A DNA stretch of 35,581 bases from Chiloscyllium plagiosum (GCF_004010195.1 NW_025213737.1:1-35581), one strand, 5' to 3'; shown: positions 12,010 through 23,190, counted from the stretch's first letter. Notes: generated from the letters alone by a model not told the origin. Translations and numbers: made by a program.

Positions 12010-12345
12010 CTGGATGTTCATTCCACACATGAACCACTCTCTGTGTAAAAATGTAGTCCTTCATGTCCTTTCTGCTCTCACTTTAAAAATATGCCACCCT
12101 AGTCTTGAAATCCCTCACCACTGGGAAAAGACACCTGCCTTATCTATACCCCTCATGATTTAAAAAATCTCTATAAAGCCACCCCTCTACGTCCTACACT
12201 CTGGTGAAAAACGTCCAAGTCTATTTAGCCTCTCCCTTCCATTCCTGGCAACATCCTGGTTAATATTTTCTGAACCCTGTCCAGTTTGATAATATCCTTC
12301 CTGTAACAGGCTGACCAGTACTCCAGAGGAGGCCTCACCAATGTC
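12010..12345 (-). mobile_element. CR1-type LINE fragment
   Basis: ttcattccacacatgaaccactctctgtgtaaaaa and ccttatctatacccctcatgattt are reverse complements of CR1 ORF2 end motifs. Confidence 0.78.
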
Positions 12346-13989
12346 AGTCAAGCATTGGCAGTCCTGAGTTGTTATTCACCATGGATGTAATGGGAAAGCG
12401 ACCACAAATCAACACTCCCCTGGACACATAACAGACTCAGCTGACATTTCATTGCACACACAAGTCCACAGTTTCACATCAATTGCTGTTGAGGATGCAA
12501 GCCACAGTTATCCATAGGTAGCCCTATCCCATCTCAACACCCTATCTAAATGGCAGCTGCTCTTTCCCCAATGCCCAATGTAACTCAAACTCTTCCCACT
12601 GCTTAATGTGGGGCCATTACATACAGGGAAGCCTTCGAACGGTTCAAAACATTCATTTTCACTCAACAACAGTAGGAGTGAAAATAAAGAAGTAGAAGCT
12701 GTGTTTGCCTCTTCAAACAGCAACAGACTAAAGTGCTACACATCCCTTAACTGTGTCCAGTCCAGCGGTAGACTGACTTTCTTCATCCCCTGGACTGAGA
12801 TTAGATGACGTGCAAGATTTTCTGTGCCAGAACGTCTGAATGACAGCAGGCCTCCTTGACTTGACTTGACTTGACTTGGGTCCACTCTGCTTAAACTTTG
12901 AGACAGGGCTATGCACTATGCACGTGAATCATGTTTGCTACCTAGACTGCTGGCACATGCTGTATATCTGAGATTGGCAAAACATGGTGCCATGCAACAT
13001 GTCTGATCTGACCAATGCTGAAAAACTACATCAATCTTTATGTCTGAGCTAAATAGCAAGGCAGGATCAAAGTTCTTTGAGCCTTTAATCTCTGGTGAGG
13101 GAGCTAGCACCAAAGGCAGGGACGTTGTGAGTATTCAAGTTGGCACAAAAGCAGGATGCTGTGAGTATTTAAGCAAGCACAAAGTGAGTGAGCAATAAGA
13201 CAGTGAGTGAGTCAGCAGCCTCGAGATGCAGCCTGGTTCAACAGGGGCCTATCTCTGCATGCAAAGTGCCCTGGCAGCAGCAGTGCAATGAAAAACATAT
13301 GTGTAATCCAAAGTGGACCACTTAAAATGCATAACTGTATCATAAGTGGACTGGAAGTGTGTCACAACGATGTGGTGAGGCTGATATGTGTCTGATTCCA
13401 AGGTCCGTGGATGGGTAATGTGTGTGATAGCTGTCCGTGGAATGTACCCTGAGATGTTAATGCCTGGAATTACATTTGTAGCTTTCACTGTGACCCACTG
13501 AATCTCTGCCCTGTAGCATAGATTTACTCAATATCCTGCAGCACAGCTCCCACATTTATGCCACTGCTGTGGTGATCACTTAACCTCTGCTCCCACAATA
13601 TGGCATGTCCTCCCATGTGCTACGTTAAACCTCTTAAATGTCCAATTTTCCCTCTTCATCATTCTTGTCTCCTCTGCATCCTAGGTTGCTACCTCCAATC
13701 CAAAGCACCGATTTCCCCCAACATCCCTAGTACGGCAGTATTTCCTGATAATATCGCCACCACTCCTCCCACCATTGACTTTCAAAGCCTGAGATGTTGG
13801 TGCTTGGTATTCAAGGTGGAGGCCTGGAGGAGTAAGCAGTGAGCTGTAGTAACCAGGATACCGCTCTGACCTTCATACAACAAGAACATTCCTGCGCAGT
13901 ACAGGCCCTTCGGCCCTCGATGTTGTGGAACCAATCTGAAGCCGACCTATCCTTTCATGCTGAGGAGTCTAGTTTCTATCTAGCGGGTT

Positions 13990-14430
13990 GGAGAATTGAA
14001 TTAGCTTTATTGTCACATGTACTTGAATGAGTATAGCGAAAAGTTTACAAGTCGCTACTTATGACACCATCTTAGGTGCAAGATATCTAGGTACAGATAC
14101 TTAAATACTTGATACAAAATAGAAAAAATAATAAGTAAAAATTCGATCATAAGTATGAAAAGGAAAAGTAAAAAATAAAAGTATACAATTCACAGTCCTT
14201 CCACCCCAGCCCATGCCAGCATCTAGTCTCCAGACCACATCGGGCCAAGTCTCCAGACCATGCCAGACTCTGAAATGTGAAGCTTCGCCTCCAGTCCGGG
14301 CATTTGCCTCCAAGTTCATGCTGGTGACTCGCCTTCCCGCAACAGCCTCCAATCCATGTCTTGCCTCCAGTCCAGGGACTCGCTTCTCCGTGACAGCCTC
14401 CAATCCAGGACTCAGCTCAAATGCTTATTA
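13990..14430 (-). mobile_element. Non-LTR retroelement 3' end (Rex1/L2-like tail) with short internal repeats of about 50 bp
   Basis: Reverse-complement tail acatgtgacaataaagctaattcaattc. gactcgc...acagcctccaatcca is repeated at about 14326 and 14377. A similar tail occurs at about 28935-29060. Confidence 0.5.
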
Positions 14431-14624
14431 ATGAGGCAAGCTTGGATAATAAAAAATGGCAATACATGCTAATACATATAAAGAGGCCTCTCGCCTTTCA
14501 CAAGCAAGGAGTTTGTCTGTTCAAAACTTGGTTGAAAAATGGGACTTTTCACTATTGACAGCAAGAAACTTTTCACTGGTCATGTGACTTTACCTACTTT
14601 GTCATCGTGGCCCATCTCGTCAGG

Positions 14625-15229
14625 GCTAGAAGATTAGATTCCCTACAATGTGGAAACAGGCCCTCCGGCCCAACAAGTCCACACCGACCTGCCAAAGAGA
14701 AACGCACCCAGACCCGTTTCCCTCTGACTAAAGCACCTAACACTAGGGGCAATTTAGAATGGCAAATTCACCGAACCTGCACATCTTTGGAAACCCACGC
14801 AGACACAGGGAGATTGTGCAAACTCCACACAGACAGTCATCCAAGGCTGGAATCGAACCTGGGTCCCTGGTGTTGTGAGGCAGCAGTGCTAACCACTGAG
14901 CCACCCCTTTTTTTTGGTGTGGAAACAGGCCCTTCGGCCAACAAATCCACACTGACCCTCCGAAGGGTATCCCACCCACACCCATCCCCCTACCCTATTA
15001 TTCTACATTTACCCCTGGCTACTGCACCTTACCTACACACCCCTGAACGCTATGGGCAATTTAGCATGGCCAATTCACCTAACCTGCACATTTCTGGACT
15101 GTGGGAGGAAACCCACACAGACACAGGGAGAATGTACAAACTCCACACAGACAGTCACCCAAAGCTGGAATCGAACCTGGGTCCCTGGTACTGTAAGGCT
15201 GCAGTGCTAACCACTGGGCCATGGTGCCC
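14625..15229 (-). mobile_element. Two HE1/V-SINE-like SINEs in direct tandem (14625-14906 and 14917-15229)
   Basis: Two complete head/core/tail sets separated by a T-run. Flanking DNA has RTE-like character (DNITNVEVLHKA at about 15359-15396). Confidence 0.88.
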
Positions 15230-16408
15230 TCATTGAAAGATTCATTGAAACTGCCCATCTAATGCCAACAAGACATGGAAGAGAGTAGCAAAGGTGCCAT
15301 ATAAACCGCCTACCTTCCACTAGTGTTGCCTATGCAAAGTCCTGGGCATTACTTGAAGAGACAACATCACCAATGTTGAAGTGTTACACAAGGCACTGGC
15401 ACAGAGTGACAACAGACACTAACTAGCGGGTACGCATTCCACCTCAAGGGCCATCCGCCCTATTGGAGGGGCACTCGAATGGACACCCGACCTGGGAAAA
15501 GAAGGCATGGCTGGCCAAAAAGACCTGACAAAGTGCATTGAGATGGACCTTCAACAGTGGGACACCACTTTGGCTGGAGTAAAAGAGGCTATGACGAATT
15601 GAGTCTGGTGATAGGGATTTGCTGCATGTTATCTTGCATGGCACTGGAGGAACTAAACTGAAGTCAGTAAAGCAATGGCAAAATTGATGACAGCTTTTGA
15701 AACGGTAGTGCGTAAACATTAGAAAAAACACATAAGTAGGAGCTGGAACAGAGATTTAAATATAGAACTGTTTTAGTGAGTTGGCACAAGCATTTTGAGT
15801 CAATTTTTAAAAAGTCCTTACAGCAATGTGGGCTTCATTGCATTCTAGCATTAATTGCCCAGGCTGTTTACCCTTGAGAAGGTGGTGGTTAGCTGCCTTC
15901 TTGAACTGCTATAGTCTATTTGTGGAGGTAGACACAGAATGCTGTTAGGGAGGAAAGTCCAGGATTTTGACCCACCCAATGAAAGGTAATATATTTCTGC
16001 AGCGCATCTCATTGGTGGTACACACAGCTGCTTCTACGCATTGGTGGTGGAAACAGTGAATATTTGTGGATGTGGTGCCAGTCAAGTGAGCTGTATTGCT
16101 TTGAAGGCTTTCAAGGTTGTTGGATGTTCTGGAAGGTGCACTCATCCAAGCAAGTGGTGCATAGACTATCAGATCGGTGACTTGAGCCTTAAAGATGTTG
16201 ATCGGGCTTTAGGCAGTTAGGAGGTGAGTTACTTGTTGCAGGATTCCAAGTCTCTGACCTGGTCTTATAGCTAAGGTATGTATATATCTAGTCAAGTTCA
16301 TTTTCCGGTCAATGGTAAGCCCTAGCATGTTTATAACAGGGGAATCCAGTGATCATAATGCCATTGCAAATTAAGGGACAATGTTAGATCTCTTTCTTGT
16401 TGGAGACA

Positions 16409-16666
16409 TGATTCGGAGATGCCTGTGTTGGACTGGGGTGTACAAAGTTAAAAATCACACAACACCAGGTTATAGTCCAACAGGTTTAACTGGAAGCACA
16501 CTAGCTTTCGGAGCGATGCTCCTTCATCAGGTGATTGTGGAGGGCTCGATCATAACACACAATCGAGCCCTCCACAATCACCTGATGAAGGAGCGTCGCT
16601 CCGAAAGCTAGTGTGCTTCCAATTAAACCTGTTGGACTATAACCTGGTGTTGTGTGATTTTTAACT
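16409..16666. mobile_element. Hairpin-shaped non-autonomous Penelope-like element (family A) with a hammerhead on each arm
   Basis: Inverted arms of about 109 bp at 16442-16550 and 16562-16670. Direct repeat ttgttggagaca at 16397-16408 and 16667-16678. Confidence 0.88.
16579..16613 (+). ncRNA. Minimal type I hammerhead ribozyme motif
   Basis: CAC-CUGAUGA-A-GGAGC-guc-GCUCC-GAAA-GC-UA|GUG. Stem I CAC:GUG, stem II GGAGC:GCUCC, palindromic AGCU at stem III. Confidence 0.8.
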
Positions 16667-17007
16667 TTGTTGGAGACAGTCATTCTCATGCATTTGTGTG
16701 ATGCAAATGTTACTTGCCATTTGTCAGCCCAAGCCTAGATATTGTCCTGGTCTTGCAGTATTTAGACAGGCTGCTTCAGTATCTAGGATTTGCAAATCAC
16801 ACTGAGCATTGTGCAATCATTAGTGAACATCTCCACTTTTGACCTCATAATGGAGGGAAGGTCATTGATGAAGCAAATGAAGCTGATCGGGTCTAAGACA
16901 TTACTCTGAAGAACTCCTGTTGAGATATCCTGACACTGAAATAAATGACCTCCAACAACCACAACCACCTTCTTTTGTGCTATGAATGACTCTAAAGAAT
17001 GGAGAGA

Positions 17008-17342
17008 CAATGGTCTAATGGTAGACTACTAATCCAAAGACTCAGTTAATGTTCTGGGAATCTGGGTTGAAAATCTCATCATGTCAGATGGAATTTGAAC
17101 CCAACAAAAAAAAAACTCTGGGATTAAGAGTCTAGTGACGACTGCCAACTATCGGGAAAAACCTACCTGGTTTAATAATGTCCTTTAGGGAATGAAACTG
17201 CCACCCTTACCTGGCCAGGCCTACACGTGACTCTAGACCCTCAGCAATGTGGTTGACTCTTAATTGCCCTCTGGGCAATTAGGGATGGGCAATAAATGTT
17301 GGCCGAGCCAGAGATGTGCACATCCCATGAGTGAATTTTTTA
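17008..17342 (+). mobile_element. Second tRNA-derived SINE family (not named)
   Basis: tRNA-like head tggtctaatggtagactactaatcc ... gggttgaaaatct, body aatgtcctttagggaatgaaactgcc, tail gggcaataaatgttggcc. A degenerate minus-strand copy lies at about 17970-18330. Confidence 0.7.
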
Positions 17343-19162
17343 AAATTCCCATTGACTGCAGTATTTCTAGGCCTCCGCGATGTCAGATTCAGTCAAATGT
17401 GGCCTTGATGTCAAGGGCAGTCACTCTTAACTCACCTCTAGAGTTTAACTACTTTGTTCATGTTTGAACCAAGTTTATAATAAGGTCAGGGGCTGAGTGG
17501 CTCTGCGGAACCCAAACTGGATGCCATGGGGCAGGTTATTATTCGGCAACTGCTGCTTGATAACTCTGTTTATGACCCCTCCATCAATTTACTGATTACT
17601 ATGAGTGTGCTGATGGGCAGTAACTCGCTGAGCTTGTCCTGCTTTTCATATCAGGGGAATTTCCCATATTAGTGGGTAAATATCAGTGTTGTATCTGTAC
17701 TAGAACAACTTGCCTAAGGAGCTGTCAACTTCTGAAAGACAATTGCTGGCAGTACACTTCTGGGTTCATAGCTTTTTTGGCATCAGATGTTTCTTGATAT
17801 CACGTGGAGTGAATTGGGGTGAAAACTGGCATCTGTAATGTTGGGGACTTCCAGAGAAGGCTGAGATGGATCGTTTCCTCAGTTTTCCTCGCTGGAGGTG
17901 GGCTCACTTCTGCACTCTGATTCCGCAGAATCATTGAATACCCGGCATTGTAAGTGTCTCTTCTTTTAATTATTCACAGAGCATTGGCATCATTTGCAAG
18001 GACAAGTTATCATTGTCCTCAGGAAATTGCTGTTGAGCTGCCCTTTTGAAAATAACTGACTGGTTTATCAGATCATTTCAGATGGCAGCCAAGAGTTACA
18101 TACAGTCTGGAATGGGTAAGGATGGCAGATTTCCCTGAAGGACATTAGTGAATTGGATGGGTTTTTTATGACAATCCAATGGTTTCAATGTCACCATTAC
18201 TGAAACTAACTCTTTAATTCTAAGTATATTAATGAACTGAGTTTAAATTTTCCAGCTACAATGTGGGATTTGAACTCAAATCTGAATCATTAATTGAGGC
18301 CTCCAGATCATTAGTCCAGTAGGCTACCACACAAACACCATTTGCTCCATCAGACGCATACAGTAGTGCTAGTCCCTCACTCAATGACCAATTACAGCAC
18401 ACAAAGAGGCTATCTGGCCCATTGTGTCCATGCTAGCTCTCTGTAGATTAATCCAGTTAGTCACATATGTTGTATACCCTGTACACTTACTTCCTTCAAA
18501 CACTCAACCAATTGAAATCACAGTTTGTTTCTGTTTGTATTATCCTTGTAGGCAGCGAGTTCCCAGTTACTGCTGCTCCAATTCTATTCCTCTGCTTTAA
18601 CCATACACCTCTAACTATTTTCCTCCAGTGTTTATCTAATTCCCTCTTGAATACATGATTGGTTAAGCTTCAATAACCAGAGCACCCCTCGTTCTAATAA
18701 CATTTTGATGAGAATTTCCTTTCTGACCTGCCTCTCTCTGTTTTAAGTGCTAATGCTAAATGTACATATTATTCTTGACATTCAACCAGTGAAGATAATC
18801 GGTCTCAAAACCCTCGAAAGGTTTAAATAGATCCCCTCCTCTCATTCTGTCCAAGAACATATCACTAGTTGTCTTCCTTTCATCAGAAATGTATTTTCCT
18901 GCTTCCGCCTCAGCAATGCTAGGTCCTAGGTTTCCCTTTGAATCCTCGCTGTATAAAGACATGCACCAGCAGCACTGTATGTTACAGCCCGACAATTTTA
19001 CTAGTGTTTAACATAATTTACCAATGTGGTGGCCACTGGTAACCAGGTTGTGGAGCATCACTCTGTTCAAAACCTTAGTAACGTTCTTTCTATAACTCGT
19101 AAGTGGGTGGAAGCGCCCTCTTAAGTTCGATACGGCCCTTTTGATCAAGCTGCAAAGGATAC

Positions 19163-19238
19163 ATGGGAAGATGGTGAAGTGCTCTGTGGTAAATGGTTGT
19201 AACCTGTCCAGATTTCCAAGTACCGCACGGATAGCATC
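19163..19238 (-). CDS. MAJIN: MAJIN internal coding exon (76 bp, phase 0 to 1): DAIRAVLGNLDRLQPFTTEHFTIFP
   Basis: Acceptor ggtttgttgcAG, donor CCAT|GTATCCTTT. Close match to human MAJIN DSVRVVLGNLDNLQPFATEHFIVFP (recalled). Visible inside ORF 19008..19247. Confidence 0.93.
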
Positions 19239-20309
19239 CTGCAACAAACCAATATCAATGTATTATAGCACGAGGTGACAGATTCACAATTCACAGCATC
19301 CACACTGATTGCATTTTAATTATCCTTACTAGTACTGTATCTTTTTCTTCATCAGGACGAGTGATTTTCTCGGGTTTTATTATTTGAGTATGATTATGAA
19401 TTATATATTGTTACATGAATAACATTGGGGTTGGTGCGCTAAGTTGGCTTTTTGGCTTGGACTATGCTTCAGAATGATGCCAACATCACAGGTTCAATAC
19501 CCATTCTGGCTGCGTCGACTTCTTCCCCTCCCTCGAGAATTAATGGCAATGGCAAACCACCACTGACAAGGAAATAGCGCAGGATAATGAATCAAGGGCC
19601 TGCCTTTCAGGAGAGCACACATACCATATTATTTAAAACTATTAAAAGCACAGTGTATGTTATCTTGAAGGTGGGCATAAATTAAGTCTTAAGAAACTTG
19701 TTACATCCAGGGTTGGTATCAGAGTTTATCACTGGATCGCTGAGTACAGTAACTGCTGCAGTACCTGATTTCAGCACAGACAGGAGCTATATTCTTCAAA
19801 AGGTGAGAAATGTTCGCATGCGACAGAAATATCAAATTTCAGTGTCACAGCAGATAAAGCTGTGTTGAAATAAAATTCACTTTTACAGAAAGAATTACCT
19901 TATCACAGTTCACCAAAACAACTCCCAATTAACCATAATTTGATTCATTAGCCTGGCCACTATTTCCCATTAGTCGGAAGAAACTATAAAGGTACACCGA
20001 TGCAAAAGTAGGAAGGTAAGTTAGGAGTCAGGCCCAGACGTCACTGGAGTGTCCCAAAGATGCAAGCTGCGAGCCCGTCACCAAGAGATAATTTCCTACT
20101 GGAGATGCAAGTTGGCTGAGCAGGATCCCTTTCATAGTCGTGAGTCTATGCCAAGTTGCAGCAATAACGAATTTGGGCGAGAGAGATTGTCCAGTGTATG
20201 CATACCATGGCCCAGAGAGAGGGCTCTGTGTCTGGCCCAGAGAGAGGGCTCACTGTCTATGCATCTGATCCAGAGCACAGAGAGGGAATCTGCTTCTGTG
20301 TATTTGAAT

Positions 20310-20937
20310 TATAGAATCGCTACAGTGTGGAAACAAGCCACTAGGCCCAACAGGTCCACACCGGCCCTCCAAAACAGTAACCCACTCAGACCTATTCCCC
20401 CACATTTCCCCTGACTAATGCACCTAACCTACATATCCCTGTACACTATGGATGATTTAGCAGGGCGGCATGGTGGCTCAGTGGTTAGCACTGCTGCCTC
20501 ACAGCACCAGGGTCCCAGGTTTGATTCCAGCCTTGGGCAATTGTCTGTGTGGAGTTTGCACATTCTCCCCGTGTCTGCATGGGTTTCCTCTGGGTGCTCC
20601 GGTTTCCTCCCACAGCACGAAAGATGTGCAGGTTAGGTAAATTGATGACCATGCTAAATTGCCCGTAGTGTTAGGTGCAATAGTCAGAGGGAAATGGGTC
20701 TGGGTGGGTTACTCTTTGGAGGGTCAGTGTGGACTGGGTGGGCCAAAGGGCCTGTTTCCATACTGTAGGGAATCTAATTCACCTAACCTGTACATCTTTG
20801 GATTGTGGGATGAACCTACAGCAAACTCACACAGACACAGGGAGAATGTGCAAACTCCACACAGACAGTCGCCTGAGGCTGGAATCGAACTTGGGTCCCA
20901 GGCACCGTGAGGTAGCAGTGCTAACCACTGTGCCACC
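20310..20937 (-). mobile_element. HE1/V-SINE-like SINE (outer, minus) interrupted by a plus-strand copy
   Basis: Tail at 20310-20462 and core/head at 20776-20937 join as ...gatttagca|attcacctaacctgtacatc.... Confidence 0.85.
20463..20775 (+). mobile_element. Full-length HE1/V-SINE-like SINE (inner)
   Basis: gggcggcatggtggctcagtggttagc ... gggcctgtttccatactgtagggaatcta. Confidence 0.9.
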
Positions 20938-21540
20938 GGGCTCTGTGTGTACATATCAGACCCAGAGACAGGACACTGTGTGTCTGGCCCAATGACAGGG
21001 TTCTGTGTCTGTGTGTGTGGCACAGAGACAGGGCTCTGTGTCTGTGTGTCTGGCCCAGTGACAGGTCTCTGTGTCTGTGTATTTGGCACAGAGACAGGGC
21101 TCTGGGTCTGTGCGTCTGGCCTAAAGATAGGGATCTGTGTCTGTGTGTCTGGCCCAGAGACAGGGCTCTGTATCTGTGTGTGTGGCACAGAGACAGGGCT
21201 CTGGGTCTGTGTGTCTGGCCTAAAGATAGGGATCTGTGTCTGTGTGTCTGGCCCAGAGACAGGGCTCTGTATCTGTGTGTGTGGCACAGAGACAGGGCTC
21301 TGGGTCTGTGCATCTGGCCTAAAGATAGGGATCTGTGTTTTTGTGTCTGGCACAGAGATAGGGCTCTGTGTCTGTGCGTCTGGCCTAAAGATAGGGATCT
21401 GTGTCTGTGTGTCTGGCCCAGTGACAGGGCTCTGTGTTTTGTGTGTGACCCACAGAGAAGGTTCTGTGTCTACGTCTGACCCAGAGAGAGAGAGAGCTCT
21501 TTGTCTGACTAAGATAGTTGGCTGTGTATCTGTATCTGGC

Positions 21541-22500
21541 TGTGATGAAGGGCTTTTGCCCGAAACGTTGATTTTCCTGCTGCTCGGATGCTGCCTGACC
21601 TGCTGTGCTTTTCGAGAGAAAGTGAGGGCTGCAGATGCTGGAGATCAGAGATCTGTGGCGGATATGGAAATGTCCCTTGGGGCCTTGGAGGGAAGTAAGG
21701 GGGGAAGTGTGGGCGCAAGTTTTGCATTTCTTGCGGTTGCAGGGGAAGGTGCCGGGAGTGGAGGTTGGGTTGGTGGGGGGTGTCACGGAGGGAGTGGTCT
21801 TTTCGGAACGCTGATAGGGGAGGGGAGGGAAATATATCCCTGGCGGTTGGGTCCGTTTGGAGGTGGCGGAAATGATGGCGGATGATACGCTGTACATGGA
21901 GGTGGTAGGTGAGGACAAGTGGGGTTCTGTCCTGGTGCCGGTTGGAGGGGCGCCTACTTGCGGAACGTTTCAGAGAACACCTCTGGGACACCCGGACCAA
22001 CCAACCCAACCAATCCGTGGCTCAACACTTCAACTCCCCCTCCCACTCCACCAAGGACATGCAGGTCCTTGGACTACTCCATCGCCAGACCATAGCAACA
22101 CGACGGTTGGAGGAAGAGCGTTAATATTGAGGCTCGTACGGTCACAATATGACTGGAGCAGCTTCAGGTTCCTCCCCATATTGATGTGAGAGTCACTCAG
22201 AAGGGTGATGTCATCCAAGAAAGCCAAAGTAGAGCAGTTGACTATTCTGCCACCCAGGGGTATGGCAATCCCTGAGTTGACCTTCTTCAGAGAGTTTGGA
22301 TCGCATTTCCAAAGCCCCTCCCCCAAGTCCCTCCTCCCTACCTTTTATCTTAGCCTGCTGGACACACTTTCCTCATTCCTGAAGAAGGGCTTATGCCCGA
22401 AACGTCGATTCTCCTGTTCCTTGGATGCTGCCTAACCTGCTGCGCTTTTCCAGCAACACATTTTCAGCTGCTGTGCTTTTCCAGCACCACTCTGATCTAA
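21541..22500. mobile_element. Rearranged Penelope-like element (Neptune-type): inverted ORF segment, GIY-YIG endonuclease C-terminal part, and 3' repeat with hammerhead
   Basis: Minus 21653-21940 gives RTPLVLTYH...IFPSPPLSAFRK and PGTFPCNRKKCKTC (Cys linker). Plus 21946-22121 gives GRLLAERFREHL...VAQHFNSPSHS...MQVLGL...RRLEEER. cctgaagaagggcttatgcccgaaacgtcga at about 22378-22408. Confidence 0.88.
22120..22298 (-). mobile_element. R2-like non-LTR retrotransposon RT fragment (YADD-box region) embedded in the PLE
   Basis: STLAFLDDITLLSDSHINMGRNLKLLQSYCDRTSLNIN resembles vertebrate R2 RT (AMAFADDLVLLSDSWENM..N..ILE.FC..TGL, recalled) and not PLE or CR1 RT. Confidence 0.65.
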
Positions 22501-22849
22501 ACTGTGTATCTGTGTTCCCTGGTCAAGAGGGCTCTGTGTCTAGTCCAGAAAGAGAGCTCTGTGTGTGTGTCAGATCCAGAGACAAAGGGCTGTGTGTCTG
22601 TGTTTCACGTCCAGCGAAAGAGGACTTTGTGTTTGTGTGTCTGGTCCAGAGTCAGAGTGCTCTGGGTCTGTGTGTGTGGCCCAGAGACAGGGCTTTGTTT
22701 TTGTCTGTCTGGCCCAGAGACAGGGCTCTGTGTCTGTGTATCCTGTCTCAGAGAGAAGGCTCTTTTTTTGTGTGTGTGGGCATTTGTCTGGTCCACAGAG
22801 AGAGGGCACTGTGTTTGTATGTCTGAAACAATGGAGACGTTTTGTGGAG

Positions 22850-23190
22850 GTAGAGTCCAGAGTGTGTTGCTGGAAAAGCACAGCAGGTCAGGCAGCATCC
22901 GAGGAGCAGGAAAATCGACGTTTCAGGCATATGCCCTTCTTCAGGAATGAGCCGAGAGACAGGGCTCAGTGTCTGTGTGTCTGGCCCAGAGACAGGGCTC
23001 AGTGTCTGGCCCAAAGATAGGCATAAAGATAGAGACACTGCCCTGACCCACAAGTTTAATTTCTGATGAAGGGCTTATGGCAAAAATGTCGATTCTCCTG
23101 CTCCTCGGTTACTGTCTGACCTGCTGTGCTTTTCCAGCACCACACTCTCGACTCTGATCTCCAGCACCTGTAGGCCTCACTTTCTCCTTC
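22850..23190. mobile_element. Two PLE family-B terminal repeat fragments in opposite orientation (minus 22850-22950; plus 23060-23190)
   Basis: cgacgtttcaggcatatgcccttcttcagg and tctgatgaagggcttatggcaaaaatgtcga ... ctcactttctcc. Confidence 0.8.

Larger units (their letters stand above)
15845..17875 (-). mobile_element. Old CR1/L2-superfamily LINE RT fragment, split by a PLE hairpin and a SINE
   Basis: ORF 16783..17010 contains GVLQSNVLDPISFICFINDLPSIMRSKVEMFTNDCTM, a degenerate GVPQGSVLGP...FINDL...FADD. Confidence 0.8.
10541..19162 (-). other. U12-type (minor spliceosome) GT-AG intron of MAJIN, 8622 bp
   Basis: 5' splice site GTATCCTTT (plus strand aaaggatac, 19154-19162). 3' end TTTTCACTTTAACAGTGTACAAG has a CTTTAAC branch-like motif with adenosines at -12/-13 and no polypyrimidine tract next to the AG. 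Confidence 0.88.
20205..23040. repeat. 33-bp minisatellite domain (best preserved at 20990-21440), interrupted by SINEs and PLE pieces
   Basis: Unit gagacagggctctgtgtctgtgtgtctggccca. Degenerate units at 20205-20300, 22505-22830 and 22950-23015. Confidence 0.92.

Noticed and set aside
14607..15236. 209-aa ORF with internal duplication
   Set aside because: Antisense read-through of two tandem SINEs.
20724..21885. 312-aa Cys-rich and 209-aa Thr/Gln-rich ORFs as keratin-associated, metallothionein or mucin-like genes
   Set aside because: They are translations of a 33-bp minisatellite running into SINE and PLE sequence, and are open in several frames on both strands.
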